From Eledone cirrhosa (Eukaryota), in assembly GCA_964016885.1 (NCBI GenBank), contig OZ024743.1, positions 205,716,001 through 205,780,000 of the forward strand: a stretch of 64,000 nt of DNA, given 5' to 3'. Under the pieces are notes generated by a model. It was given only the letters and a program-made list of their open reading frames with translations. It made no database searches and was not told where the DNA came from. Position numbers and translations under genes: made by a program. Of the stretch, positions 10,501 through 25,000 are shown one piece after another (the stretch's first letter is position 1; the number at the start of each line of letters is the position of its first letter).

Positions 10501-13500
10501 TCCCCCTGATTTTTTTTTACAAATTATCTCCCCCTGATTTTTTTTACAACTTATCTCCGCCTGATTTTTTAAAAAAAATTATCTCCCCTTGGACGGCTAG
10601 AAATTACCTCTCCTTGGACGGCTGAAAATTATCTCCCCTTGGACGGCTGCAAATTATCTCCCCTTGATTTTTTTTACAAATTATCTCCCCCTGATTTTTT
10701 TTTACAAATTATCTCCCCCTGATTTTTTTTACAAATTATCTCCCCCTGATTTTTTTTTACAAATTATCTCCCCCTGATTTTTTTTACAAATTATATCCCC
10801 TTGGCTGGCTGGAAATGATCTCCCCTTGGAGGCTGGAATTTATCTCCCCTTGGACGGCTAGAAATTACCTCTCCTTGGACGGCTGGAAATTATGTCTCCT
10901 TGGACGGCTAGAAATTACCTCTCCTTGGACGGCTGAAAATTATCTCCCCTTGGACGGCTGGAAATTATCTCCCCTTGATTTTTTTTACAAATTATCTCCC
11001 CCTGATTTTTTTTTACAAATTATCTCCCCCTGATTTTTTTTACAAATTATCTCCCCCTGATTTTTTTTTACAAATTTTCTCCCCCTGATTTTTTTTACAA
11101 ATTATATTCCCTTGGCTGGCTGGAAATTATCTCCCCTTGGAGGCTGGAATTTATCTCCCCTTGGACGGCTAGAAATTACCTCTCCTTGGACGGCTGGAAA
11201 TTATGTCTCCTTGGACGGCTGGAAATTATCTCCCCTTGGACGGCTGGAAATTATCTCCCCTTGGACGGCTGGAAATTATCTCCCCTTGGACGGCTAGATA
11301 TTACCTCTCCTTGGACGGCTGGAAATTATCTGCCCTTGGACGGCTGGAAATTATCTCCCCTTGGACGGCTGGAAATTATTTCCCCTTGATTTTTTTTACA
11401 AATTATCTCCCGCTGATTTTTTTTTACAAATCTCCACCTAATTAAAAAAAAAATTATCTCCCCTTCGCTGGCTGGAAATTATCTTGCTTTGGACGGCTGG
11501 AAATTATAGCCACTTGTAGGGCTGGAAATTATCTCCCCTTGGACGGCTGGAAATTATCTCCCCTTGATTTTTTTTACTAAGTATCTCACCCTGATTTTTT
11601 TTTACAAATTATCTCCGCCTGATTTTTAAAAAAAAATTATCTCCCCTTGGCTGGATGGAAATTATCTCCCCTTGGACGGCTGGAAATTATCTTCCCTTGA
11701 TTTCTTCTACAAATTATCTACCCCTGATTTTTTTTTTACAAATTATCTCTCCCTGATTTTTTTTTACAAATATCTCTCCTTGGCTGGCTGGAAATTATCT
11801 CCCCTTGGCTGGCTGGAAATTATCTCCCCCTGATATTTTTTTACAAATTAGCTCCCCCTGATTTTTTTTACAAATTATCTCCCCCTGATTTTTTTCACAA
11901 ATTATCTCCCCCTGATTTTTTTTACAAATTATCTCCCCTGATTTAAAAAAAAAAATTATCTCCCCTTGGACGGCTGGAAATTATCTCCCCTTGGACGGCT
12001 GGAAATTATCGCCCCCTGATTTTTTTTTTACAAATTATCTCCACCTGATTTTTTTTACAAATCATCTCAGCCTGATTTTTTTAAAATATTATCTCCCTTG
12101 GCTTGCTGGAAATTATCTCCCCTTGGACGGCTATAAATTATCTCTCCTTCGACCGCTGGAAATTATCTCCCCTTGATTTTTTTACAAATTATCTCCCCCT
12201 GATTTTTTTTTACCAATCAACCCCTGATTTAAAAACAAAAATTATCTCCCCTTCGCTGGCTGGAAATTATCTCCCCTTGGACGGCTGGAAATTATCTCCC
12301 CTTGATTTTTTTTACAAATTATCTACCCCTGATTTTTTTACAAATTATCTCCCCCTGATTTTTTTTACAAATTATCTCCCCCTGATTTTTTTTTTTACAA
12401 ATTATCTCCGCCTGATTTTTTTAAAATTATCTCCCCTTGGCTGGATGGAAATTATCTCCCCTTGGACGGCTGGAAATTATCTCCCCTTGGAAGGATGGAA
12501 ATTATCTCCCCTTGGACGGCTGGAAATTATCTCCCCTTGCACGGCTGGAAATTATCTCCCCTTGGACGGCTAGAAATTACCTCTCCTTGGACGGCTGAAA
12601 ATTATCTCCCCTTGGACGGCTGGAAATTATGTCCACCTGATTTTTTTTTACAAATCATCTCCGCCTGATTTTTTTAAAAACTTATCTCCCTTGGCTTGCT
12701 GGAAATTATCTCCCCTTGGACGGCTATAAATTATCTCTCCTTCGACGGCTGGAAATTATCTCCCCTTGATTTTTTTACAAATTATCTCCCCCTGATTTTT
12801 TTTTACCAATCTACCCCTGATTTAAAAAAAAAATTATCTCTCCTTCGCTGGCTGGAAATTATCTCCCCTTGGACGGCTGGAAATTATCTCCCCTTGATTT
12901 TTTTTACAAATTATCTACCCCTGATTTTTTTACAAATTATCTCCCCCTGATTTTTTTTTACAAATTATCTCCCCTTGATTTTTTTTTTTTTACAAATTAT
13001 CTCCGCCTGATTTTTTTAAAATTATCTCCCCTTGGCTGGATGGAAATTATCTCCCCTTGGACGGCTGGAAATTATCTCCCCTTGCACGGCTGGAAATTAT
13101 CTTCCCTTGGACGGCTAGAAATTACCTCTCCTTGGACGGCTGAAAATGATCTCCCCTTGGACGGCTGGAAATTATCTCCCCTTGGACGGCTGGAAATTAT
13201 CTGCCCTTGATTTTGTTTTTACAAATTATCTCCCCCTGATTTTTTTTACAAATTATCTCCCCTTGCACGGCTGGAAATTATCTCCCCTTGGACGGCTGGA
13301 AATTATCTGCCCTTGATTTTGTTTTTACAAATTATCTCCCCCTGATTTTTTTTACAAATTATCTCCACCTGATATTTTAAAAAATTATCTCCCCTTGGAC
13401 GGCTGGAAATTATCTCCCCTTGGCTGGAAATTATCTCCCCTTGGACGGCTAGAAATTATCTCTCTTTGGACGGCTGGAAATTATCTCCCCTTGATTCTTT

Positions 13501-13960
13501 TTACAAATTATCTCCCCCTGATTTTTTTTACAAATCTCCCAGTGATTTTTTAAAAAAAATTATCTCCCCTTCGCTGGCTGGAAATTATCTCCCCTTGGAC
13601 GCTGGAAATTATAGCCCCTTGGACGCTGGAAATTATCTTCCCTTGGACGGCTGGAAATTATCTCCCCTTGATTTTTTTACAAATTATCTCCCCCTGATTT
13701 TTTTTTACAAATTATCTCCCCCTGATTTTTTTTTTACAAATTATCTCCCCTTGGACGGGTGGAAATTATCTCCCCTTGGACGGCTTGAAATTATCTCCCC
13801 TTGGACGGCTAGAAATTACCTCTCCTTGGACGGCTGAAAATTATCTCCCCTTGATTTTTTTTACAAATTATCTCCCCCTGATTTTATTTTACATATTATC
13901 TACCCCTGATTTTTTTTTACAAATTATCTCCACCTGATCTTTTTTACAAATTATCTCCCC
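7511..13960 (+). repeat. Higher-order block, copy 2 of the ~7.51-kb-offset duplication
   Basis: Near-identical to 1-6449. The copies part after 'acctgatcttttttacaaattatctcccc' (6449 vs ~13960). Confidence 0.93.
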
Positions 13961-16900
13961 CTGATTTTTTTTTTACAGATTATCTCCCCCTGATTTTTTT
14001 ACAAATTATCTCCCCCTGATTTTTTTTTCAATTTATCTCCGCCTGATTTTTTTAAATATTATCTTCCCTTGGCTGGCGGGAAATTATCTCCCCTTGGACG
14101 GCTGGAAATTATCTCCCCTTGGAAGGATGGAAATTATCTCCCCTTGGACGGCTGGAAATTATCTCCCCTTGCACTGCTGGAAATTATCTCCCCTTGGACG
14201 GCTGGAAATTATCTCCCCTTGGCTGGAAATTATCTCCCCTTGGACGGCTAGAAATTATCTCTCTTTGGACGGCTGGAAATTATCTCCCCTTGATTTTTTT
14301 ACAAATTATCTCCCCCTGATTTTTTTTACAAATCTCCCAGTGATTTTTTTTAAAAAATTATCTCCCCTTCGCTGCCTGGAAATTATCTCCCCTTGGACGC
14401 TGGAAATTATAGCCCCTTGGAGGGCTGGAAATTATCTTCCCTTGGACGGCTGGAAATTATCTCCCCTTGATTTTTTTTACAAATTATCTCCCCCTGATTT
14501 TTTTTTACAAATTATCTCCCCCTGATTTTTTTTTACAAATTATCTCCCCCTGATTTTTTTTACAACTTATCTCCGCCTGATTTTTTTAAAAAAATTATCT
14601 CCCCTTGGACGGCTGGAAATTATCTCCCCTTGGACGGCTGGGAATTATCTCTCCTTGGACGGCTAGAAATTACCTCTCCTTGGACGGCTGAAAATTATCT
14701 CCCCTTGGACGGCTGGAAATTATCTCCCCTTGATTTTTTTTACAAATTATCTCCCCCTGATTTTTTTTTACAAATTATCTCCCCCTGATTTTTTTACAAA
14801 TTATCTCCCCCTGATTTTTTTTTACAAATTATCTCCCCCTGATTTTTTTTACAAATTATATCCCCTTGGCTGGCTGGAAATTATCTCCCCTTGGAGGCTG
14901 GAATTTATCTCCCCTTGGACGGCTAGAAATTACCTCTCCTTGGACGGCTGGAAATTATGTCTCCTTGGACGGTTGGAAATTATCTCCCCTTGGACGGCTG
15001 GAAACTATCTCCCCTTGGACGGCTGGAAATTATCTCCCCTTGGACGGCTCGATATTACCTCTCCTTGGACGGCTGGAAATTATCTGCCCTTGGACGGCTG
15101 GAAATTATCTCCCCTTGGACGGCTGGAAATTATTTCCCCTTGATTTTTTTTACAAATTATCTCCCCCTGATTTTTTTTTACAAATCTCCACCTAATTAAA
15201 AAAAAAATTATCTCCCCTTCGCTGGCTGGAAATTATCTTCCTCTGGACGGCTGGAAATTATAGCCGCTTGTAGGGCTGGAAATTATCTCCCCTTGGACGG
15301 CTGGAAATTATCTCCCCTTGATTTTTTTTACTAAGTATCTCACCCTGATTTTTTTTTACAAATTATCTCCGCCTGATTTTTAAAAAAAAATTATCTCCCC
15401 TTGGCTGGATGGAAATTATCTCCCCTTGGACGGCTGGAAATTATCTTCCCTTGATTTCTTCTACAAATTATCTACCCCTGATTTTTTTTTACAAATTATC
15501 TCTCCCTGATTTTTTTTTACAAATATCTCCCCTCCGCTGGCTGACAAATCATCTCCGCCTGATTTTTTTAAAAACTTATCTCCCTTGGCTTGCTGGAAAT
15601 TATCTCCCCTTGGACGGCTATAAATTATCTCTCCTTCGACGGCTGGAAATTATCTCCCCTTGATTTTTTTACAAATTATCTCCCCCTGATTTTTTTTTAC
15701 CAATCTACCCCTGATTTAAAAAAAAATTATCTCTCCTTCGCTGGCTGGAAATTATCTCCCCTTGGACGGCTGGAAATTATCTCCCCTTGATTTTTTTTAC
15801 AAATTATCTACCCTGATTTTTTTACAAATTATCTCCCCCTGATTTTTTTTTACAAATTATCCCCCCCTGATTTTTTTTTTTACAAATTATCTCCGCCTGA
15901 TTTTTTTAAAATTATCTCCCCTTGGCTGGATGGAAATTATCTCCCCTTGGACGGCTGGAAATTATCTCCCCTTGCACGGCTGGAAATTATCTTCCCTTGG
16001 ACGGCTAGAAATTACCTCTCCTTGGACGGCTGAAAATTATCTCCCCTTGGACGGCTGGAAATTATCTCCCCCTGATTTTTTTTACAAATTATCTCCCCTT
16101 GCACGGCTGGAAATTATCTCCCCTTGGACGGCTGGAAATTATCTGCCCTTGATTTTGTTTTTACAAATTATCTCCCCCTGATTTTTTTTACAAATTATCT
16201 CCACCTGATATTTTAAAAAATTATCTCCCCTTGGACGGCTGGAAATTATCTCCCCTTGGCTGGAAATTATCTCCCCTTGGACGGCTAGAAATTATCTCTC
16301 TTTGGACGGCTGGAAATTATCTCCCCTTGATTCTTTTTACAAATTATCTCCCCCTGATTTTTTTTACAAATCTCCCCCTAATTTAAAAAAAAATTATCTC
16401 CCCTTCGCTGGCTGGAAATTATCTCCCCTTGGACGCTGAAAATTATAGCCCCTTGGAGGCTGGAAATTATCTTCCCTTGGACGGCTGGAAATTATCTCCC
16501 CTTGATTTTTTTACAAATTATCTCCCCCTGATTTTTTTTTACAAATTATCTCCCCCTGATTTTTTTTTTACAAATTATCTCCCCTTGGACGGGTGGAAAT
16601 TATCTCCCCTTGGACGGCTTGAAATTATCTCCCCTTGGACGGCTAGAAATTACCTCTCCTTGGACGGCTGAAAATTATCTCCCCTTGATTTTTTTTACAA
16701 ATTATCTCCCCCTGATTTTTTTTTTTACAAATTATCTCCCCCTGATTTTATTTTACATATTATCTACCCCTGATTTTTTTTTACAAATTATCTCCACCTG
16801 ATCTTTTTTACAAATTATCTCCCCCTGATTTTTTTTTTACAAATTATCTCCCCCTGATTTTTTTACAAATTATCTCCCCCTAATTTATTTTACAAATTAT

Positions 16901-19900
16901 CTCCGCCTGATTTTTTTAAATATTATCTTCCCTTGGCTGGCGGGAAATAATCTCCCCTTGGACGGCTGGAAATTATCTCCCCTTGGAAGGATGGAAATTA
17001 TCTTCCCTTGGACGGCTGGAAATTATCTCCCCTTGCACGGCTGGAAATTATCTCCCCTTGGACGGCTGGAAATTATCTCCCCTTGGATGGCTAGAAATTA
17101 TCTCTCTTTGGACGGCTGGAAATTATCTCCCCTTGATTTTTTTTACAAATTATCTCCCCCTGATTTTTTTTACAAATCTCCCAGTGATTTTTAAAAAAAA
17201 ATTATCTCCCTTTCGCTGGCTGGAAATTATCTCCCCTTGGACGCTGGAAATTATAGCCCCTTGGAGGGCTGGAAATTATCTTCCCTTGGACGGCTGGAAA
17301 TTATCTCCCCTTGATTTTTTTACATATTATCTCCCCCTGATTTTTTTTACAACTTATCTCCGCCTGATTTTTTTAAAAAAATTATCTCCCCTTGGACGGC
17401 TGGAAATTATCTCCCCTTGGACGGCTGGAAATTATCTCTCCTTGGACGGCTAGAAATTACCTCTCCTTGGACGGCTGAAAATTATCTCCCCTTGGACGGC
17501 TGGAAATTATCTCCCCTTGATTTTTTTTACAAATTATCTCCCCCTAATTTTTTTTACAAATTATCTCCCCCTGATTTTTTTTACAAATTATATTCCCTTG
17601 GCTGGCTGGAAATTATCTCCCCTTGGAGGCTGGAATTTATCTCCCCTTGGACGGCTAGAAATTACCTCTCCTTGGACGGCTGGAAATTATGTCTCCTTGG
17701 ACGGCTGGAAATTATCTCCCCTTGGACGGCTGGAAATTATCTCCCCTTGGACGGCTGGAAATTATCTCCCCTTGATTTTGTATACAAATTATCTCCCCCT
17801 GATATTTTTTTACAAATTATCTGCCCCTGATTATTTTTTACAAATTAGCTCCGCCTGATTTTTTTTAAAAATTATCTCCCCTTGGACGGCTGGAAATTAT
17901 CTCCCCTTGGACGGCTGGAAATTATCTCCCCTTGAACGGCTAGAAATTACCTGTCCTTGGACGGCTGAAAATTATCTCCCCTTGGACGGCTGGAAATTAT
18001 CTCCCCTTGATTTTTTACAAATTATCTCCCCCTGATTTTTTTTACAAATTATCTCCCCCTGATTTTTTTTTACAAATTATCTACCCCTGATTTTTTTTAC
18101 AAATCTCCCAGTGATTTTTTTAAAAAAATTATCTCCCCTTCGCTGGCTGGAAATTATCTCCCCTTGGACGCTGGAAATTATAGCCCCTTGGAGGGCTGGA
18201 AGTTATCTTTCCTTGGAGGGCTGGAAATTATCTTCCCTTGGACGGCTGGAAATTATCTCCCCTTGATTTTTTTTACAAATTATCTCCCCCTGATTTTTTT
18301 TTACAAATTATCTCCCCCTGATTTTTTTTTTACAAATTATCTCCGCATGATTTTTTTTAAAAATTATCTCCCCTTGGACGGCTGGAAATTATCTCCCCTT
18401 GGACGGCTGGAAATTATCTCCCCTTGGACGGCTAGAAATTACCTCTCCTTGGACGGCTTAAAATTATCTCCCCTTGATTTTTTTTTACAAATTATCTACC
18501 CCTGATTTTTTTTTACAAATTATCTACGCCTGATTTTTTTTTCCAAATTATCTCCCCCTGATTTTTTTTTACAAATTATCTCCCCCTGTTTTTTTTTACA
18601 AATTATTTCCCCCTGATTATTTTACAAATTATCTCCGCCTGATTTTTTTAAATATTATCTTCCCTTGGCTGGTGGGAAATTATCTCCCCTTGGACGCCTG
18701 GAAATTATCTCCCCTTGGAAGGATGGAAATTATCTCCCCTTGGACGGCTGGAAATTATCTCCCCTTGCACTGCTGGAAATTATCTCCCCTTGGACGGCTG
18801 GAAATTATCTCCCCTTGGCTGGAAATTATCTCCCCTTGGACGGCTAGAAATTATCTCTCTTTGGACGGCTGGAAATTATCTCCCCTTGATTTTTTTACAA
18901 ATTATCTCCCCCTGATTTTTTTACAAATCTCCCAGTGTTTTTTTTTAAAAATTATCTCCCCTTCGCTGGCTGGAAATTATCTCCCCTTGGACGCTGGAAA
19001 TTATAGCCCCTTGGAGGGCTGGAAATTATCTTCCCTTGGACGGCTGGAAATTATCTCCCCTTGATTTTTTTTACAAATTATCTCCCCCTGATTTTTTTTT
19101 ACAAATTATCTCCCCCTGATTTTTTTTTACAAATTATCTCCCCCTGATTTTTTTTACAACTTATCTCCGCCTGATTTTTTAAAAAAAATTATCTCCCCTT
19201 GGACGGCTAGAAATTACCTCTACTTGGACGGCTGAAAATTATCTCCCCTTGGACGGCTGGAAATTATCTCCCCTTGATTGTTTTTACAAATTATCTCCCC
19301 CTGATTTTTTTTTACAAATTATCTCCCCCTGATTTTTTTTACAAATTATCTCCCCCTGATTTTTTTTTACAAATTATCTCCCCCTGATTTTTTTTACAAA
19401 TTATATCCCCTTGGCTGGCTGGAAATTATCTCCCCTTGGAGGCTGGAATTTATCTCCCCTTGGACGGCTAGAAATTACCTCTCCTTGGACGGCTGGAAAT
19501 TATGTCTCCTTGGACGGCTAGAAATTACCTCTCCTTGGACGGCTGAAAATTATCTCCCCTTGGACGGCTGGAAATTATCTCCCCTTGATTTTTTTTACAA
19601 ATTATCTCCCCCTGATTTTTTTTACAAATTATCTCCCCTGATTTTTTTTTACAAATTATCTCCCCCTGATTTTTTTTACAAATTATATCCCCTTGGCTGG
19701 CTGGAAATTATCTCCCCTTGGAGGCTGGAATTTATCTCCCCTTGGACGGCTAGAAATTACCTCTCCTTGGACGGCTGGAAATTATGTCTCCTTGGACGGC
19801 TGGAAATTATCTCCCCTTGGACGGCTGGAAATTATCTCCCCTTGGACGGCTGGAAATTATCTCCCCTTGGACGGCTAGATATTACCTCTCCTTGGACGGC

Positions 19901-22030
19901 TGGAAATTATCTGCCCTTGGACGGCTGGAAATTTTCTCCCCTTGGACGGCTGGAAATTATTTCCCCTTGATTTTTTTTACAAATTATCTCCCGCTGATTT
20001 TTTTTTACAAATCTCCACCTAATTAAAAAAAAAATTATCTCCCCTTCGCTGGCTGGAAATTATCTTGCTTTGGACGGCTGGAAATTATAGCCGCTTGTAG
20101 AGCTGGAAATTATCTCCCCTTGGACGGCTGGAAATTATCTCCCCTTGATTTTTTTTACTAAGTATCTCACCCTGATTTTTTTTTACAAATTATCTCCGCC
20201 TGATTTTTAAAAAAAAATTATCTCCCCTTGGCTGGATGGAAATTATCTCCCCTTGGACGGCTGGAAATTATCTTCCCTTGATTTCTTCTACAAATTATCT
20301 ACCCCTGATTTTTTTTACAAATTATCTCTCCCTGATTTTTTTTTACAAATATCTCTCCTTGGCTGGCTGGAAATTATCTCCCCTTGGCTGGCTGGAAATT
20401 ATCTCCCCCTGATATTTTTTTACAAATTAGCTCCCCCTGATCTTTTTTACAAATTATCTCCCCCTGATTTTTTTTTACAAATTATCCCCCCCTGATTTTT
20501 TTTTTTACAAATTATCTCCGCCTGATTTTTTTAAAATTATCTCCCCTTGGCTGGATGGAAATTATCTCCCCTTGGACGGCTGGAAATTATCTCCCCTTGC
20601 ACGGCTGGAAATTATCTTCCCTTGGACGGCTAGAAATTACCTCTCCTTGGACGGCTGAAAATTATCTCCCCTTGGACGGCTGGAAATTATCTCCCCCTGA
20701 CTTTTTTTACAAATTATCTCCCCTTGCACGGCTGGAAATTATCTCCCCTTGGACGGCTGGAAATTATCTGCCCTTGATTTTGTTTTTACAAATTATCTCC
20801 CCCTGATTTTTTTTACAAATTATCTCCACCTGATATTTTAAAAAATTATCTCCCCTTGGACGGCTGGAAATTATCTCCCCTTGGCTGGAAATTATCTCCC
20901 CTTGGACGGCTAGAAATTATCTCTCTTTGGACGGCTGGAAATTATCTCCCCTTGATTCTTTTTACAAATTATCTCCCCCTGATTTTTTTTACAAATCTCC
21001 CCCTAATTTAAAAAAAAATTATCTCCCCTTCGCTGGCTGGAAATTATCTCCCCTTGGACGCTGAAAATTATAGCCCCTTGGAGGCTGGAAATTATCTTCC
21101 CTTGGACGGCTGGAAATTATCTCCCCTTGATTTTTTTACAAATTATCTCCCCCTGATTTTTTTTTACAAATTATCTCCCCCTGATTTTTTTTTTACAAAT
21201 TATCTCCCCTTGGACGGGTGGAAATTATCTCCCCTTGGACGGCTTGAAATTATCTCCCCTTGGACGGCTAGAAATTACCTCTCCTTGGACGGCTGAAAAT
21301 TATCTCCCCTTGATTTTTTTTACAAATTATCTCCCCCTGATTTTTTTTTTTACAAATTATCTCCCCCTGATTTTATTTTACATATTATCTACCCCTGATT
21401 TTTTTTTACAAATTATCTCCACCTGATCTTTTTTACAAATTATCTCCCCCTGATTTTTTTTTTACAAATTATCTCCCCCTGATTTTTTTACAAATTATCT
21501 CCCCCTAATTTATTTTACAAATTATCTCCGCCTGATTTTTTTAAATATTATCTTCCCTTGGCTGGCGGGAAATAATCTCCCCTTGGACGGCTGGAAATTA
21601 TCTCCCCTTGGAAGGATGGAAATTATCTTCCCTTGGACGGCTGGAAATTATCTCCCCTTGCACGGCTGGAAATTATCTCCCCTTGGACGGCTGGAAATTA
21701 TCTCCCCTTGGATGGCTAGAAATTATCTCTCTATGGACGGCTGGAAATTATCTCCCCTTGATTTTTTTTACAAATTATCTCCCCCTGATTTTTTTTACAA
21801 ATCTCCCAGTGATTTTTAAAAAAAAATTATCTCCCTTTCGCTGGCTGGAAATTATCTCCCCTTGGACGCTGGAAATTATAGCCCCTTGGAGGGCTGGAAA
21901 TTATCTTCCCTTGGACGGCTGGAAATTATCTCCCCTTGATTTTTTTTACATATTATCTCCCGCTGATTTTTTTTACAACTTATCTCCGCCTGATTTTTTA
22001 AAAAAAATTATCTCCCCTTGGACGGCTGGA
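10651..22030 (+). repeat. ~11.4-kb tandem higher-order unit, copy 1
   Basis: Offsets are 10815->22194 and 12696->24075 (11379), 13466->24791 (11325), and 16429->27570 through 21608->32749 (11141). Confidence 0.9.
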
Positions 22031-22045
22031 AATTATCTCCCCTTG
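15830..22045 (+). repeat. 4.625-kb period sub-repeat (15830-17415 repeated at 20455-22045)
   Basis: Offsets 15930->20555, 16429->21054 and 16958->21583 are all 4625. Confidence 0.88.
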
Positions 22046-25000
22046 ATTTTTTTTACAAATTATCTCCCCCTGATTTTTTTTTACAAATTATCTCCCCCTG
22101 ATTTTTTTTACAAATTATCTCCCCCTGATTTTTTTTTACAAATTATCTCCCCCTGATTTTTTTTACAAATTATATCCCCTTGGCTGGCTGGAAATGATCT
22201 CCCCTTGGAGGCTGGAATTTATCTCCCCTTGGACGGCTAGAAATTACCTCTCCTTGGACGGCTGGAAATTATGTCTCCTTGGACGGCTAGAAATTACCTC
22301 TCCTTGGACGGCTGAAAATTATCTCCCCTTGGACGGCTGGAAATTATCTCCCCTTGATTTTTTTTACAAATTATCTCCCCCTGATTTTTTTTTACAAATT
22401 ATCTCCCCCTGATTTTTTTTACAAATTATCTCCCCCTGATTTTTTTTTACAAATTTTCTCCCCCTGATTTTTTTTACAAATTATATTCCCTTGGCTGGCT
22501 GGAAATTATCTCCCCTTGGAGGCTGGAATTTATCTCCCCTTGGACGGCTAGAAATTACCTCTCCTTGGACGGCTGGAAATTATGTCTCCTTGGACGGCTG
22601 GAAATTATCTCCCCTTGGACGGCTGGAAATTATCTCCCCTTGGACGGCTGGAAATTATCTCCCCTTGGACGGCTAGATATTACCTCTCCTTGGACGGCTG
22701 GAAATTATCTGCCCTTGGACGGCTGGAAATTATCTCCCCTTGGACGGCTGGAAATTATTTCCCCTTGATTTTTTTTACAAATTATCTCCCGCTGATTTTT
22801 TTTTACAAATCTCCACCTAATTAAAAAAAAAATTATCTCCCCTTCGCTGGCTGGAAATTATCTTGCTTTGGACGGCTGGAAATTATAGCCACTTGTAGGG
22901 CTGGAAATTATCTCCCCTTGGACGGCTGGAAATTATCTCCCCTTGATTTTTTTTACTAAGTATCTCACCCTGATTTTTTTTTACAAATTATCTCCGCCTG
23001 ATTTTTAAAAAAAAATTATCTCCCCTTGGCTGGATGGAAATTATCTCCCCTTGGACGGCTGGAAATTATCTTCCCTTGATTTCTTCTACAAATTATCTAC
23101 CCCTGATTTTTTTTTTACAAATTATCTCTCCCTGATTTTTTTTTACAAATATCTCTCCTTGGCTGGCTGGAAATTATCTCCCCTTGGCTGGCTGGAAATT
23201 ATCTCCCCCTGATATTTTTTTACAAATTAGCTCCCCCTGATTTTTTTTACAAATTATCTCCCCCTGATTTTTTTCACAAATTATCTCCCCCTGATTTTTT
23301 TTACAAATTATCTCCCCTGATTTAAAAAAAAAAATTATCTCCCCTTGGACGGCTGGAAATTATCTCCCCTTGGACGGCTGGAAATTATCGCCCCCTGATT
23401 TTTTTTTTACAAATTATCTCCACCTGATTTTTTTTACAAATCATCTCAGCCTGATTTTTTTAAAATATTATCTCCCTTGGCTTGCTGGAAATTATCTCCC
23501 CTTGGACGGCTATAAATTATCTCTCCTTCGACCGCTGGAAATTATCTCCCCTTGATTTTTTTACAAATTATATCCCCCTGATTTTTTTTTACCAATCAAC
23601 CCCTGATTTAAAAACAAAAATTATCTCCCCTTCGCTGGCTGGAAATTATCTCCCCTTGGACGGCTGGAAATTATCTCCCCTTGATTTTTTTTACAAATTA
23701 TCTACCCCTGATTTTTTTACAAATTATCTCCCCCTGATTTTTTTTACAAATTATCTCCCCCTGATTTTTTTTTTTACAAATTATCTCCGCCTGATTTTTT
23801 TAAAATTATCTCCCCTTGGCTGGATGGAAATTATCTCCCCTTGGACGGCTGGAAATTATCTCCCCTTGGAAGGATGGAAATTATCTCCCCTTGGACGGCT
23901 GGAAATTATCTCCCCTTGCACGGCTGGAAATTATCTCCCCTTGGACGGCTAGAAATTACCTCTCCTTGGACGGCTGAAAATTATCTCCCCTTGGACGGCT
24001 GGAAATTATGTCCACCTGATTTTTTTTTACAAATCATCTCCGCCTGATTTTTTTAAAAACTTATCTCCCTTGGCTTGCTGGAAATTATCTCCCCTTGGAC
24101 GGCTATAAATTATCTCTCCTTCGACGGCTGGAAATTATCTCCCCTTGATTTTTTTACAAATTATCTCCCCCTGATTTTTTTTTACCAATCTACCCCTGAT
24201 TTAAAAAAAAAATTATCTCTCCTTCGCTGGCTGGAAATTATCTCCCCTTGGACGGCTGGAAATTATCTCCCCTTGATTTTTTTTACAAATTATCTACCCC
24301 TGATTTTTTTACAAATTATCTCCCCCTGATTTTTTTTTACAAATTATCTCCCCTTGATTTTTTTTTTTTTACAAATTATCTCCGCCTGATTTTTTTTAAA
24401 TTATCTCCCCTTGGCTGGATGGAAATTATCTCCCCTTGGACGGCTGGAAATTATCTCCCCTTGCACGGCTGGAAATTATCTTCCCTTGGACGGCTAGAAA
24501 TTACCTCTCCTTGGACGGCTGAAAATGATCTCCCCTTGGACGGCTGGAAATTATCTCCCCCTGATTTTTTTTACAAATTATCTCCCCTTGCACGGCTGGA
24601 AATTATCTCCCCTTGGACGGCTGGAAATTATCTGCCCTTGATTTTGTTTTTACAAATTATCTCCCCCTGATTTTTTTTACAAATTATCTCCACCTGATAT
24701 TTTAAAAAATTATCTCCCCTTGGACGGCTGGAAATTATCTCCCCTTGGCTGGAAATTATCTCCCCTTGGACGGCTAGAAATTATCTCTCTTTGGACGGCT
24801 GGAAATTATCTCCCCTTGATTCTTTTTACAAATTATCTCCCCCTGATTTTTTTTACAAATCTCCCAGTGATTTTTTAAAAAAAATTATCTCCCCTTCGCT
24901 GGCTGGAAATTATCTCCCCTTGGACGCTGGAAATTATAGCCCCTTGGACGCTGGAAATTATCTTCCCTTGGACGGCTGGAAATTATCTCCCCTTGATTTT

